From: Macrostomum lignano
Lineage: Eukaryota
Length of the DNA stretch: 64,000 nt
NCBI GenBank assembly: GCA_002269645.1
Contig: NIVC01001497.1
Location: 62,001-126,000 of the forward strand
Direction: 5' to 3'
Below, piece by piece: positions 43,691 through 56,654 of the stretch (the stretch's first letter is position 1; each line of letters opens with the position of its first letter). A program made the position numbers and the translations under genes. The notes beneath the pieces were generated by a model. It had not been told where the DNA came from, did not search any database, and saw nothing but the letters and a program-made list of their open reading frames with translations.

Positions 43691-43870
43691 GGCCCGCTAG
43701 ATTCTGTCCGGCCCTTAAAGTAAAAAGCTTTGCCGACCCCTGGTTTAAAGTATCAAGAGGCTGTACTGTTGCGATAAAACAGAATATAATTGTAGTCTTA
43801 GGACAGGAATTTGCAGTAGAGATCATATCCGTTCCGTTCCGTTCAAATTGCAGGCTCAGTGGACTTTGGT

Positions 43871-44740
43871 TCAGTTGTACATCCGGTACCTCTTGTACTC
43901 CGCAACAGCCGGTTTGTACTTCGTCCACAGGCCGCTCGTGGCCAGGTCCCGGTCCACCTGGAAGTCGCGAAATTCCACGTGACGGCAGGTGGCAGTGGAC
44001 TCCATGTACAGGGCGCTGGTGCACACGGAATTGCTGGCGGCCTCGGCTAGGCAGTCAACTAGACTCAATTTGCCGGGCACAACGCTCGAGCAGTACTCAT
44101 TCGGCTGGCGATAGCCATGGTCGGCAAATTTGGCTCGCTGCCAGAAGTTGGCGCCAACTGCGCGGCTGGCAGCTACGGTGGACAGCGGCAGGCACAGCAG
44201 GGAGTGCAGCTCAGAGCAGTTGGCGAACTCCAGGCCGTCGCTGCTCGGGCGGTAGAGCACGCAGTCTACTGGATCCGAGCTACTGTTGGCCGCCTTCTCG
44301 TCAATGTAGGTATCGGCAGCGGTTGTCGAATAGCTGCTGTTGGTCCGTAGAGCGTACTGCTTAGCGAACCTGTTTCTTAGTGCAGACTCAGCAGCGATGG
44401 CTCGCGCAGTCAGTCCAGTCCAGAATCCTACATCACCGGTCAGGTTCAGCTTCATCAGGCTGACGGCCGCGTCAGAGCTCAGCGAGCTGACGGCCAGTCT
44501 GCCACCAGCTGATCGACAGGCCCGTGCGGCGCTGCACCAGGTGTGCAACGGACTGACGGTTGCCATGGCGCAGGTGGAATTGTCCAACTGGAAAGGAAAC
44601 CCGGCGTTGGATGAGCAGTTGACGTCTCTGAGCTCAGCTGGGGTAGTCTCAAAGTCCATGGAGGGAAACCTCTGGCCGAACGCACCGTCAAAGAGGCAGC
44701 AGACAGGGAGTACCGCGAATAGAAGCAGCAGTGACCGCAT
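43871..44740 (-). CDS. Secreted protein with C-type-lectin-like domain and C-terminal PAN/apple-like module, 289 aa
   Basis: Signal peptide MRSLLLLFAVLPVCCLFDGAFG; CTLD hallmarks TWCSAARACRSAGGRLA, FWTGL, DCV...NCSELHSLLC; then C..L.L.DCLAEA...CTSALY....TCR. The 3' end could be spliced. Confidence 0.75.
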   Translation of the reverse strand: MRSLLLLFAVLPVCCLFDGAFGQRFPSMDFETTPAELRDVNCSSNAGFPFQLDNSTCAMATVSPLHTWCSAARACRSAGGRLAVSSLSSDAAVSLMKLNLTGDVGFWTGLTARAIAAESALRNRFAKQYALRTNSSYSTTAADTYIDEKAANSSSDPVDCVLYRPSSDGLEFANCSELHSLLCLPLSTVAASRAVGANFWQRAKFADHGYRQPNEYCSSVVPGKLSLVDCLAEAASNSVCTSALYMESTATCRHVEFRDFQVDRDLATSGLWTKYKPAVAEYKRYRMYN

Positions 44741-45357
44741 GCTTGTCTTCTGAGCCGCGAGTGCAGCTAAAGATTAAGTTAAAGCAGTTTCTATGAATGG
44801 TTGGACAGACGTTGCAAAATATAGCAAACGGATTCAGTGGGCTGGGTTGCCGGGGCTGTTGACTTCCAGTTGTCATGCCTGACTTATCTAAGTAAGCCTA
44901 CCTGCTGTAACCATGGATACGATGCCGCCACTGATGCGCCGACGCTGTAAATAAACTGTTAGCTCGCTTCTATCTCCCCCATCTTAGCTTGCAATTGTCC
45001 CTTGGTCAGGATGCTGCTCCGGATATGTTTGTGTTGGGTAATGAGACAGCCCTGGCATCAGGTGATCTGCTTGAGAGAAACAGCATTGGGACTGACTGGA
45101 TAGGAAAGGCTTGCTGCAAGGCTTCCTTAGCAACAGTTGCTAGCTGCAACAAAAACAGCTAAAGCAAGCCCGCCCAGTTTTGTTCCACGTTTATCCGTTG
45201 GGGTTTTGCTTCCGAAAGGAATTCTAGAAAAAGAAATTTCCAACTAAACGCACACAAGTATGCGGGTTAGGAAAACTTTTACGCTATTACTACTTGTAAG
45301 TAGCATGAAATTTTTTAGGCTTCTTGTACCAGAGAAATGAGTCAAGAAGTGTCTTAA

Positions 45358-45873
<516 letters not shown>

Positions 45874-47044
45874 CTCCCTAGTGACTGTCTGCCTGTATTT
45901 GAAAGTCCTGCCACTTTTCCAATGATTATTTTACAAGAACTAACACTTGCTTGGACAAAAAAGCTCACATGAACTTTTCGTCTCCATGCCAATTCAGAGG
46001 TGGCAGCACATTGAGCTTGATCTCATTAAATCCATTTGGCTCGATCGCCCTAGTCTAGGCTTCCCACCCTGCCAACCTTCAATTCGTTTTAATCTCGGAT
46101 TTCAGCGGCAGAGGGAAGCGCACATTTTAATCTCTTTTTATATAAAAAATATTCTAACAGTTTGGCAGATTTTTCCTGCCGAAATCTATTTTTTTTTCAG
46201 GCAAATACGCTGCAGAAACGGACAGAGTTCAGAATGCATTCGGTGAAGGTAGGAGCCTGTTAAAATCAATGTCCCATATTGGTTAGCTGACTGTGTGCAG
46301 CAGGAGAGAAGGAGCCGCGGTACGGTAAGGCATGGGAGCGACAGTCAGCTGCGGCCATGGAGTACGGAACTTGAAATCTGGCTGGAGGGATTGCCTGGTT
46401 GCCACGCGGAACTGCGTGCTGCGCTACCCCCTGAGGAAGAGGCACAACTCTTTCCTTCCGCTCTCCCTCCCTCCCTCTCCCTCTCTTTCCCGTTTTTAAC
46501 GGCCAGCAAATTGGGAAGCGACAGTTCAGTGATAGGGCCAGCCAGCTAGAGGTAAAAAATGTTAAATCAACTGCGCAAGAATCATATGGTTCCGTATTTC
46601 GCTGTGGCAAACCTCTCGACTCGCCTGTCCGCCTCCTTGACTTCGGGCAGCTGCACTGATCTGGCCTGAGGCAGACTGGGCGCCGCTCTCCCTCAACTCC
46701 CTCGATTCCTCCCACCCACCCCTTCTGCAACACACACACACGCACGCACACACACTAGCTAAGCCGAATCCCAAAAGTCACAGATCCCACCCACTTTTCC
46801 GCGGACACTTTGCCTACTTACACACGTTTCTATCCTCGGGGACTTCGGCTCCTCTCTCGCATTCAGCGCCACATAGCAGCAGTTTCATCCCATCGCTTCC
46901 CCAGCAGGACTTGCTTAGGAAAATTTGAAGCTGCTGCTGGACGGACGTCCAATGCTCTTCGAGCGATGCGGAGCGCTCCTTCAGTAGGGCAGCCTCGCTT
47001 GTTCTAGAATAGTAGAGTAGCCAGAAAAAGGCCAACCGGCTTCG

Positions 47045-50000
47045 ATGACGAACGCGTCGGCAGTCGTTTTTGGGTGCGCCATCATCAGCTCTCTGCTCCT
47101 GCTGCTCCAACCAGCTTCCGGTGAAATTCGTAAGTCTGGGACCCCCCCCCGCAAACAAAACCAGCACCTTTCTGAGCCTTCCCGACGTAACAAAAGTCGT
47201 CAAGCACTTGAGAGGCTGAATCGGGGACCTTTGAAAGAATGAAAGACTTTTGATACGGTGAGGGACTTTTGGTACGGACCTTCGACAGCTACAGTGAAGA
47301 ACATTCGGGGACTTTGTTGCGATGCAAAAAATGGGAACTTTACTTCTAGAAATTTTCGTTAGGGCTCTTTGTCTGTTCTGTTCGAGGTGAATGTGCATTT
47401 TTAATATCCCATACGTTTCTACGCAACCCAGCCACCATCGGCGATGACGAAGTGAAGCTGGTGAACCTGCTGTTCGAGCACAAAGGCTACAACAGGCTGA
47501 TCAGGCCAGTGGCCGATTTGAACCAAACTGTGCAGGTGGACTTTGGACTGGCGATGGTGCAGCTCATCAATGTGGTTCGTGTGGGCCTGTGTTTATGCAG
47601 ATTTCATGCAGCTTTTTGTAGCTCGTGCGTGTAGGAAATGGTTGACTATTTGATGTAGGTCTGACGTGGCTTTGACGATCATTTCATGTAGGGTTGATTC
47701 AGGTAGAGTTGATGCAGGTAGGGTTGATGCAGGTAGGGTTGATGCAGGTAGGGCTGATGCAGGTAGGATTGATGCAGGTAGGGCTGATGCAGGTAGGATT
47801 GATGCAGGTAGGGTTGATGCAGGTAGGGTTGATGCAGGTAGGGTTGATGCAGGTAGGGCTGATGCAGGTAGGATTGATGCAGGTAGGGCTGATGCAGGTA
47901 GGATTGATGCAGGTAGGATTGATGCAGGTAGGGTTGATGCAGGTAGAGTTGATGCAGGTAGGGTTGATGCAGGTAGGGTTGATGCAGGTAGGGTTGATGC
48001 AGGTAGGGTTGATGCAGGTAGGGTTGATGCAGGTAGGGTTGATTCAGGTAGGGTTGATGCAGGTAGGGTTGATGCAGGTAGGGTTGATGCAGGTAGGGTT
48101 GATGCAGGTAGGGTTGATGCAGGTAGGGTTGATGCAGGTAGGGTTGATGCAGGTAGGGTTGATGCAGGTAGGGTTGATGCAGGTAGGGTTGGTGCAGGTA
48201 GGGTTAATGCAGGTAGGGTTGATGAAGAAAAGATTGGAGTAGGTTTTTGTTTTGAAGTAGGTCTGATGTGAAATGGATTCAAATTAGATGCTTTTTAAAT
48301 GAAGGAATGATTGGGTTTTGGTGCTCGAGCCTAGGTCTAATTTAAGTTAGCAAATTTCGATTTCTTCTTGTTGCCTCGCCATAACTCTTGCTACAGTCGC
48401 GCGTTACACTTTTTACAATTGCAGGAAGAGAAGGCCCAGATTCTGAAGAGTAACGTCTGGCTTAGAATGGTAAGGCATTGGGGGGGGGGGGGGGGCTGTA
48501 GCCCAGTGGTCCAGCGCGGCGCTCTGAAGTGCCAGCGGCCCAGGCTCGATTCCAGGCTCGGCAGTCGCATTATTTGGGGCTGAATTGGAATCTCGGCTTG
48601 GCTCTGCTTGTGCAGTTAACTGTAATGCAGGCCAACCCCCAAGCCACAGTGAAGTGTACATGCCTAACGATAAATAAAGTTAGGGCCGCTGTACACTCCT
48701 GTGTGAGTGTGTGCCTGTGCGTATGACTGCGTACGTATCCGCGCGCTTGTGTGCCTGCTCAGGGGAGTCGGCGGAATGGGCAGCAATGCCTCTCTCCGGT
48801 TGTGTGACAATTTCGCTTAAAGTGCACACAGCCCCTGCCCCTAACTAAACTAACTAATGGTAAGGCATTCAAGTCCATAACCAACTAACTTTCGATTTTG
48901 GTGAGAACATTTTTTGCTAAACTGACTGGCACGAGCCATCCTTAAAGTCGATTTGTAAAAACTTAAAGCATTCCCAGTATTTATAATTCAATTTTGACTC
49001 TCTCAGATGTGGAACGACTATCAGCTGCGCTGGGATCCGGCAGACTTTGGCGGAATTCAAGTGATCAGACTCAACCCGGACAAGATATGGAGGCCGGATA
49101 TTGTTCTGTATAATAAGTAAGAGCTATACGAGTATATCGTATGAAGAGCCAATATTACTAACTCATTTACGAGCCATCAGCGCTCTATAAGCTCTAATGA
49201 ACCAAGCTAGCAGAAAATAGTAAAAATCCTAGAAAATATTTTTATAATCCACACTCAGTAATAGTCAAAACCGCTACCCTACCTGAGTGAGTGAGTTACG
49301 TCACTTGCCGGTTGAGGTGAGAAAGAAGTCGCCTCTCACGGTAGGGTGGCGGTTTTGACTGTTGCAGAGTGTATTTGTTAGAAAATACGCTTTAGAGATT
49401 AGTAAACTGAGCTACCATGGTAGTCTGTTTCCCGGGGGGGGGCGGCTGTGGGTGCTGCTGCAACTTCTACATGGTAACAAACGCAGTTACGTTCATTCCA
49501 ATGAGTAAAAGTACAAGTACAAGTACAAATACAAGTACAAGTATAAGTACAAGTACAAGTACAAGTACAAGTACAAGTACAAGTATAAGTGTGCAAGTAC
49601 AAGTACAAGTACAAGTACAAGTACAAGTACAAGTACAAGTACAAGTACAAGTACAAGTACAAGTACAAGTATAAGTGTGCAAGTACAAGTACAAGTACAA
49701 GTACAAGTACAAGTACAAATACAAGAAAAAGTACAAGTACAAGTACAAGTACAAGTACAAGTACAAGTACAAGTACAAGTACAACGATATCACATGTCTT
49801 TTTTGGTCGCTTTTAGAAAATTGAAAATATAAACCTTTTACTACGATTTTTGAGGGGTTACCGAGTTTTACACGTTGAAAACAAAGTATTGTATTTGTTG
49901 AGACGGTGCCTTATGGGGGCTTATTGAATCGGTTCAACCCACGGGGGCCGTGGCACAGTGGTCACAAATTGGAATCTCGGCTTTCCTCTCCTCATGCAAT

Positions 50001-53000
50001 TAACGCCCTTGAGGGCCAACCCCCAAGGCACAGTGAAGTGTACATGCCTAACGATAAATAAAGTTAGGGCCGCTGTACACTCCTGTGTGAGTGTGTGCCT
50101 GTGCGTATGACTGCGTACGTATCTGCGCGCTTGTGTGCCTGCTCAGGGGAGTCGGCGGAATCGGCAGTAATGCCTCTCGCCGGTTGTGTGACAATGTCGC
50201 TTGAAGTTCGCCAGGGTGCACACAGCCCCTGTCTCTGATAAATGACGTCATATTGATAAACACGTTCACCCCGCATGTGGCAGCGCCGACGGCCGCTACG
50301 AGGTCTCCTGGGAGCCGAACGCGCTGATATTCAGCACCGGCACGGTGCTGTGGATCCCGCCGGCCATCTACCAGAGCTCCTGCACCATCCACGTCAGGTA
50401 CTTTCCCTTCGACCAACAGGAGTGCGAGATGAAGTTCGGCAGTTGGACTTTCGACGCAACGCAGGTAGAAAGAAACGTTTAGCTGTATTGAAAAATGAAA
50501 AAAGTATCAAGGGGAAAGAGATGAAACAGATTCTTCAGTTGCTAGGGCTGCCCAAGTGGCGGAGCGGTGTGAGTGATGACGCGCCCAGCAACAGGCGGGA
50601 AAGTGCAGGGACTTCCCTGTCCTGGCCAGCTGCTGCCCGGCTGATCGATGGCAATCGAAAAGCGGCTGCAGGGATCGATTAGTGACAGTCGGGGCAGGCT
50701 TGGGACACTGCAGAGCACAGCTCTCACGCGGCCGGCATGTTTGCTGAGGAATCGGAATGAGCAACCAAATTAGCGCGGAGTTGGGTATTCTTGAACTGTG
50801 CCGCTGGCCTCTGTGCGAGTCTTTTAATTGTGCCCAGCTGGAGATTTTAGACTCCTGGAGTGCCCCAAATTATGGGTTCTCTTCAAGCACCATAGTTTTG
50901 ATGCGAAAGTGGCATTGAGTCTGAGCTTAAATCCTAAGCTTAAGGCTTGAATCCCGGGAGCTCACAGATAGAGAGCACATGGACAACTTAAGTAAGGTAT
51001 CGAAGGGACGCATGATTGAGCGCGCATTTTGAAACTGCTCCACGTGACACAAGCGCGAATTTCAACTGCTTGACTCTGGAGCAAGAGCGCATCTGAATAC
51101 AACTTGAGCTCGAGTGATTTATGGCGTAGATGTTTTATGGGTATCTTGATGATTTAGCCCCTCCCCTCAAGTGAGCGCAGTTCAAGTGAATACAGAATAT
51201 TCTCGAGGCTGCGGGTCTAACGTATGAGGCTAGATAGGAGGGTCGCTAGTCAGGCAGGTGATGTACATCTTTTGAAGTCCTAAATGTGCGATGAGTACCT
51301 ACAATTGTCTGCGCGCTTCTGCCCGTGCGCGCTTATGTCGAATATTGTAAAAAATACACATGCGCGCTTATTCTGCCCTCCCGCATCTAACGCCCATCCA
51401 TCCCATCCCTCAACAGGTAGTGCTCGGGCTGTACGAGAACTCTCGCGTTGTGGACCTGAACGACTATTGGCGTTCCGGCTCCTGGGACATCATCGACTGT
51501 CCGGGCAACATTAGCATCATCGAGAAGGCCGGCCAGCCGCCGCAGACGATGATCATCTACAAGCTGTCCATCCGGCGGAAGACCCTCTTCTACACTGTCA
51601 ACCTCATCATTCCTTGCGTACTCATCTCTTTCCTCAGCGTGTGCGTATTCTACCTGCCGGCCGACGCTGGCGAGAAGATGACCCTGTGCATCTCCATCCT
51701 GCTGGCCCTGGTCGTGTTCCTGCTGCTGGTCAGCAAGATGCTGCCGCCGACCTCAATCTCGATCCCCTTGATATCCAAGTTCCTGCTGTTCACATTCATT
51801 ATGAACATCTTCACCATCGTGTTCACCGTGATCATCATCAACTGGAACTTCCGTACGCCGAGGACGCACAAGATGCCTCGCTGGGTGCGCGGCTTATTTC
51901 TGAAATTTCTGCCCAGGCTGCTGCTGATGAAGCGGCCGGAGCACATCGACCAGGAGGAGCGGCGCGAGCTCAGCATGGACAAGCTGGGCGAAGGCGGCGG
52001 CGGCGACGGCGGCTGCCATCAAAGGCGACTCCGCGGCGGCATCAGCAGCGGTGCTGTCCGGGTCTGCGGCAATGGCGATGCAGCGAGAACTGCGAGCAGC
52101 GCCGGCGATGAGGAAGTCTCTGACCCCGAGGAGGCTGAAGACGAGCCGGATGGAGACAGCGAGGTAGAGACTGGTGAGACACGGCGGCGAGGGCGACGGC
52201 GAGGTCTAGCCGGGCTGGAGGTGACGCCGGAGCTCCGCAGAGCCATCGCAGCCATCAACTTCATCTCTACGCACCTGCGCGTTGAGGACGAATACAAGAG
52301 GGTTCGTTTTTTTCCTACTGCTTCTTGTGTAGAAGAGGTCGAGGTTGAGTTGTGCTCAAATGTCTGGATCAGCCTTTTACTATCAGCTCCATTTTTATTC
52401 GAAAGCAGAGCAGCTCAGCGGTAAACGCGTCCGACCCTCGAGCAACGACCCCTGGTTCGAATCCGTGCGCGGTCACATTCATTTGGGGCAATTGTGCACG
52501 GAAATTGGCCGGGGGTTGTCGTGCGATTCACAGCCATGAGGGCCAATCCCCATAGAGTCGATTAGAAAGCCAGGGCCGCTGTGCACCCTGTGTGAGCGCG
52601 TGTATGAGTGCGCGTCTGAGTACAGTATTGGGGCGCTTGCATGTGCTCAGGGGTCAGCGGAATGGGCAGAACTGCCTCGGTGTGTGAGATGATGTTGCCG
52701 AAAGAACATCCGTTTGAAATCACTTTTTGAAAAATTATTTTTTATCTTTCGCATCTTGTCAGTTGTCAATTTTATTAACAGAATTGCTTCATTTTCAAAC
52801 ATTTTTTCATCAGTTTCCGTCATTTTCATAAATATGTTTATCATTTACCATCTTTCATAATCTGATAATCACTAGCTACTGTATCTTTTACTTGCCTTAT
52901 TGCTTTATTTGATCAATAATTACTAACTAGTAATCATATGTCTTTTTTCATTTTTTATTTACCATCGATTGTTCATTCCTTATTATTTACGATTTATGAT

Positions 53001-53733
53001 TTTCGATATGTGCATTATGATTTGTGATTTATGAGTTATGATTTATGGTGTATGCTTTGTGCTTTTTGATTTGTGATTTTTGGGTTATTATTTGTGATTT
53101 GTGATTTGTTATTTGGATTTATGATTTAGATTCATGAGTTATGATTTGTGATTTATGAGTTATGATTTATGATCTATGCTTTGTGCTTTTTGATTTGTGA
53201 TTTGTGATTTGTGGGTTATGCTTTGTGCTTTTTGATTTGTGATTTGTGATTTGTGGGTTATGATTTGTGATTTATGAGTTATGATTTATAATCGATGCTT
53301 TGTTCTTTTTGATTTTTGATTTGTGATTTGTGGGTTATGCTTTGTGCTTTTTGATTTTTGATTTGTGATTTGTGGGTTATGCTTTGTGCTTTTTGATTAG
53401 TGGTCTGTGATTTGGATTAATGATTTAGATTCATAATTTATGATTTGTGATTTGGATTTATGATTTTTGATTCATTATTTATGATGCATGCTTTATAATT
53501 AAAAATGTTATGATTAATGATTTATTATGCAATCCGCGCTCCGCAACTGCCAGGTGCTGCAAGACTGGAAGTACGTGGCCTCGGTGATCGATCGCATTCA
53601 GCTGGTGATCTTCAGCTCGGTGACTCTGGTCGGCACAATCGCCATTCTGCTCAACGCGCCTTTCATACTGGAATTTGTCGACCAGGGCGCCATCATTGAG
53701 AAGCTGATAGCGGCGCAGAAGGCCGAGTCCTGA
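47045..53733 (+). CDS. nAChR-beta1-like: Nicotinic acetylcholine receptor non-alpha subunit (insect beta1 / UNC-29-like), 7 exons: 47045-47129, 47432-47574, 48425-48469, 49007-49116, 50284-50464, 51417-52301, 53554-53733
   Basis: [30 protein letters not shown], Cys-loop [71 protein letters not shown]. No vicinal CC in loop C. All junctions are GT-AG and phase-consistent; an alternative exon-1 donor at 47121 has the same phase. Confidence 0.93.
47693..48225 (+). repeat. 15-bp array (GATGCAGGTAGGGTT) in nAChR intron 2
   Basis: Direct inspection. Confidence 0.95.
48490..48835 (+). mobile_element. tRNA-derived SINE copy in nAChR intron 3
   Basis: A box TAGCCCAGTGG and B box GGCTCGATTCC; the body is nearly identical to 49945-50235. 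Confidence 0.72.
49510..49785. repeat. (AAGTAC)n hexamer microsatellite in nAChR intron 4
   Basis: Direct inspection. Confidence 0.95.
49945..50235 (+). mobile_element. SINE copy with truncated head in nAChR intron 4
   Basis: GGCCAACCCCCAAGGCACAGTGAAGTGTACATGCCTAACGATAAATAAAGTTAGGGCCGCTGTACACTCC is shared with the 48490 copy. Confidence 0.72.
52405..52685 (+). mobile_element. tRNA-derived SINE copy in nAChR intron 6
   Basis: A box CAGCTCAGCGG and B box GGTTCGAATCC, followed by the shared body GATTAGAAAGCCAGGGCCGCTGTGCACCCTGTGTGAG. Confidence 0.72.
53015..53485. repeat. Degenerate (TTGTGA/TTATGA)-type low-complexity array
   Basis: Direct inspection. Confidence 0.8.
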
Positions 53734-55191
53734 GTTAAGGTGTTAATTTAGGCCAAACGACTGATCCATGCACTGTGAGTACAAGCCTAATTCAAGTTTC
53801 ATTTGAAATGTGCACCAATTACCTCTGACACGCTTAAGCTAAGTAGTGTAGCTAGCTATATTTAATTAGCTAGAAGTGCTTTTGCGGCTTAAAAAGCCTC
53901 TTGCACAAATGTACATCATGTTTATAGCTATTTGCGCAAATAATTTGTACTCTTTTTGCACTCAATCATATTGCTGGGCACGCAAACTTGCAATTTATAG
54001 TCACAGAGTATTGTCAAAGGCTGAGGGCCTAGCATAGCTCAAGAAGGCGACTTTGACGCAAGGACTACTCAAGTACAAGGACGGGAAACAACGTTTCTCA
54101 GAAAAAGTTAGGGAGGCTGGTTTTCGCCGAAAAATACACTATGGAGATTTCATTTTCATTTTGGAGTTTCATTTTGTTATTGCTTTCTATAAGAGGCAAA
54201 CCCAATTTTCATCTTTTGATATGTTGTGCCTTTCTTATAGCTCTATTGATAATTTGATATTTATAAAACCAGTCTCCTTAACATTTTCTAAGAGACGTAC
54301 TTCCCGTCCTCCTACTTGAGTAGTCCTTGCTTTGATAATGTTCATCAACTCGTTTAGAATATAAATTACAAGTTTGGATGTCCAATCCTTGGCTCGCTGG
54401 TTTCTCGGTCAGAAACGTTGCGTGTTGTCTATGGCCAAACCCGAGTTAGCTTTATTCTTTGCTAGGGTAAACTACTTGAAGTAGCTTAAACTCGAGTACA
54501 TTAAAGAGTTAGGAAGCGGTCTCATGAAGTCTTCAAATTTTGCAGCGATTTTGTCCCTCAATAATTACTTTTTCGAATGCATTCTACTCCGCATGCAATT
54601 GTGCTCTAGCTGTCCTCAACTCCTCACACAGCTAATTTGAGAATTGTTGCAATTGTTTTGCTGCATTTCTAAATATGCGAACTTTGTCCAAATCAAAATC
54701 TGATTCAAAAGTGCTAAAAACAGTGCGTTCAAAAATTTCAGATTATGTTTCTAATATTTTATATTGTCATTAGCTTATTATATAGAATGCTGTTCTGATA
54801 GCTCCGCAATAATAAGGGGTATCTTGTTTCCATGGCACCATATATTCGAGCTAGGCTTGAAAAGTACACGTTAATGATTTGGAATCGCTATAAAACCTGG
54901 ATTTTTCACCTGTTGATAGAGACTTGTGCCCAGAATGTGTTGGCATTATTTTGTTGAAAAATAAAAGTGCACAATAGAATTCGATCGAGTGCTCAATTTT
55001 GAAGCTCAAAGCACCTCGTAAATTATATTTGGTTCAGGTGAAACCGGTATACAAGATGTCTAATGCTGTCACCAATGAAGTTCACAATCTTTATGAATGA
55101 TTCCCAGCAACCTTGACGGTATGACAGTTATAGCAATAATTTAAGGAATATTCCAGAAGTTTGTTTCTACAAAGAAGCAAACAAATGACAC

Positions 55192-55360
55192 AGGGGATCA
55201 CAGGGAATCACAGGGGATCACAGGGGATCACAGGGATCACAGGGAATCACAGGGAATCACAGGGGATCACAGGGGATCACAGGGAATCACAGGGGATCAC
55301 AGGGGATCACAGGGAATCACAGGGGATCACAGGGGATCACAGGGGATCACAGGGGATCAC
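55192..55360. repeat. 10-bp array (GGGATCACAG)n
   Basis: Direct inspection. Confidence 0.92.
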
Positions 55361-55409
55361 ATAAAGCCACAATAATTCACTGACAAAGGTGAGCTTACAC
55401 CCGGAAGTG

Positions 55410-56654
<1,245 letters not shown>

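Noticed and set aside
47593-48282. ASTLP/VDAGR/MQVGL ORFs
   Set aside because: 15-bp repeat within nAChR intron 2.
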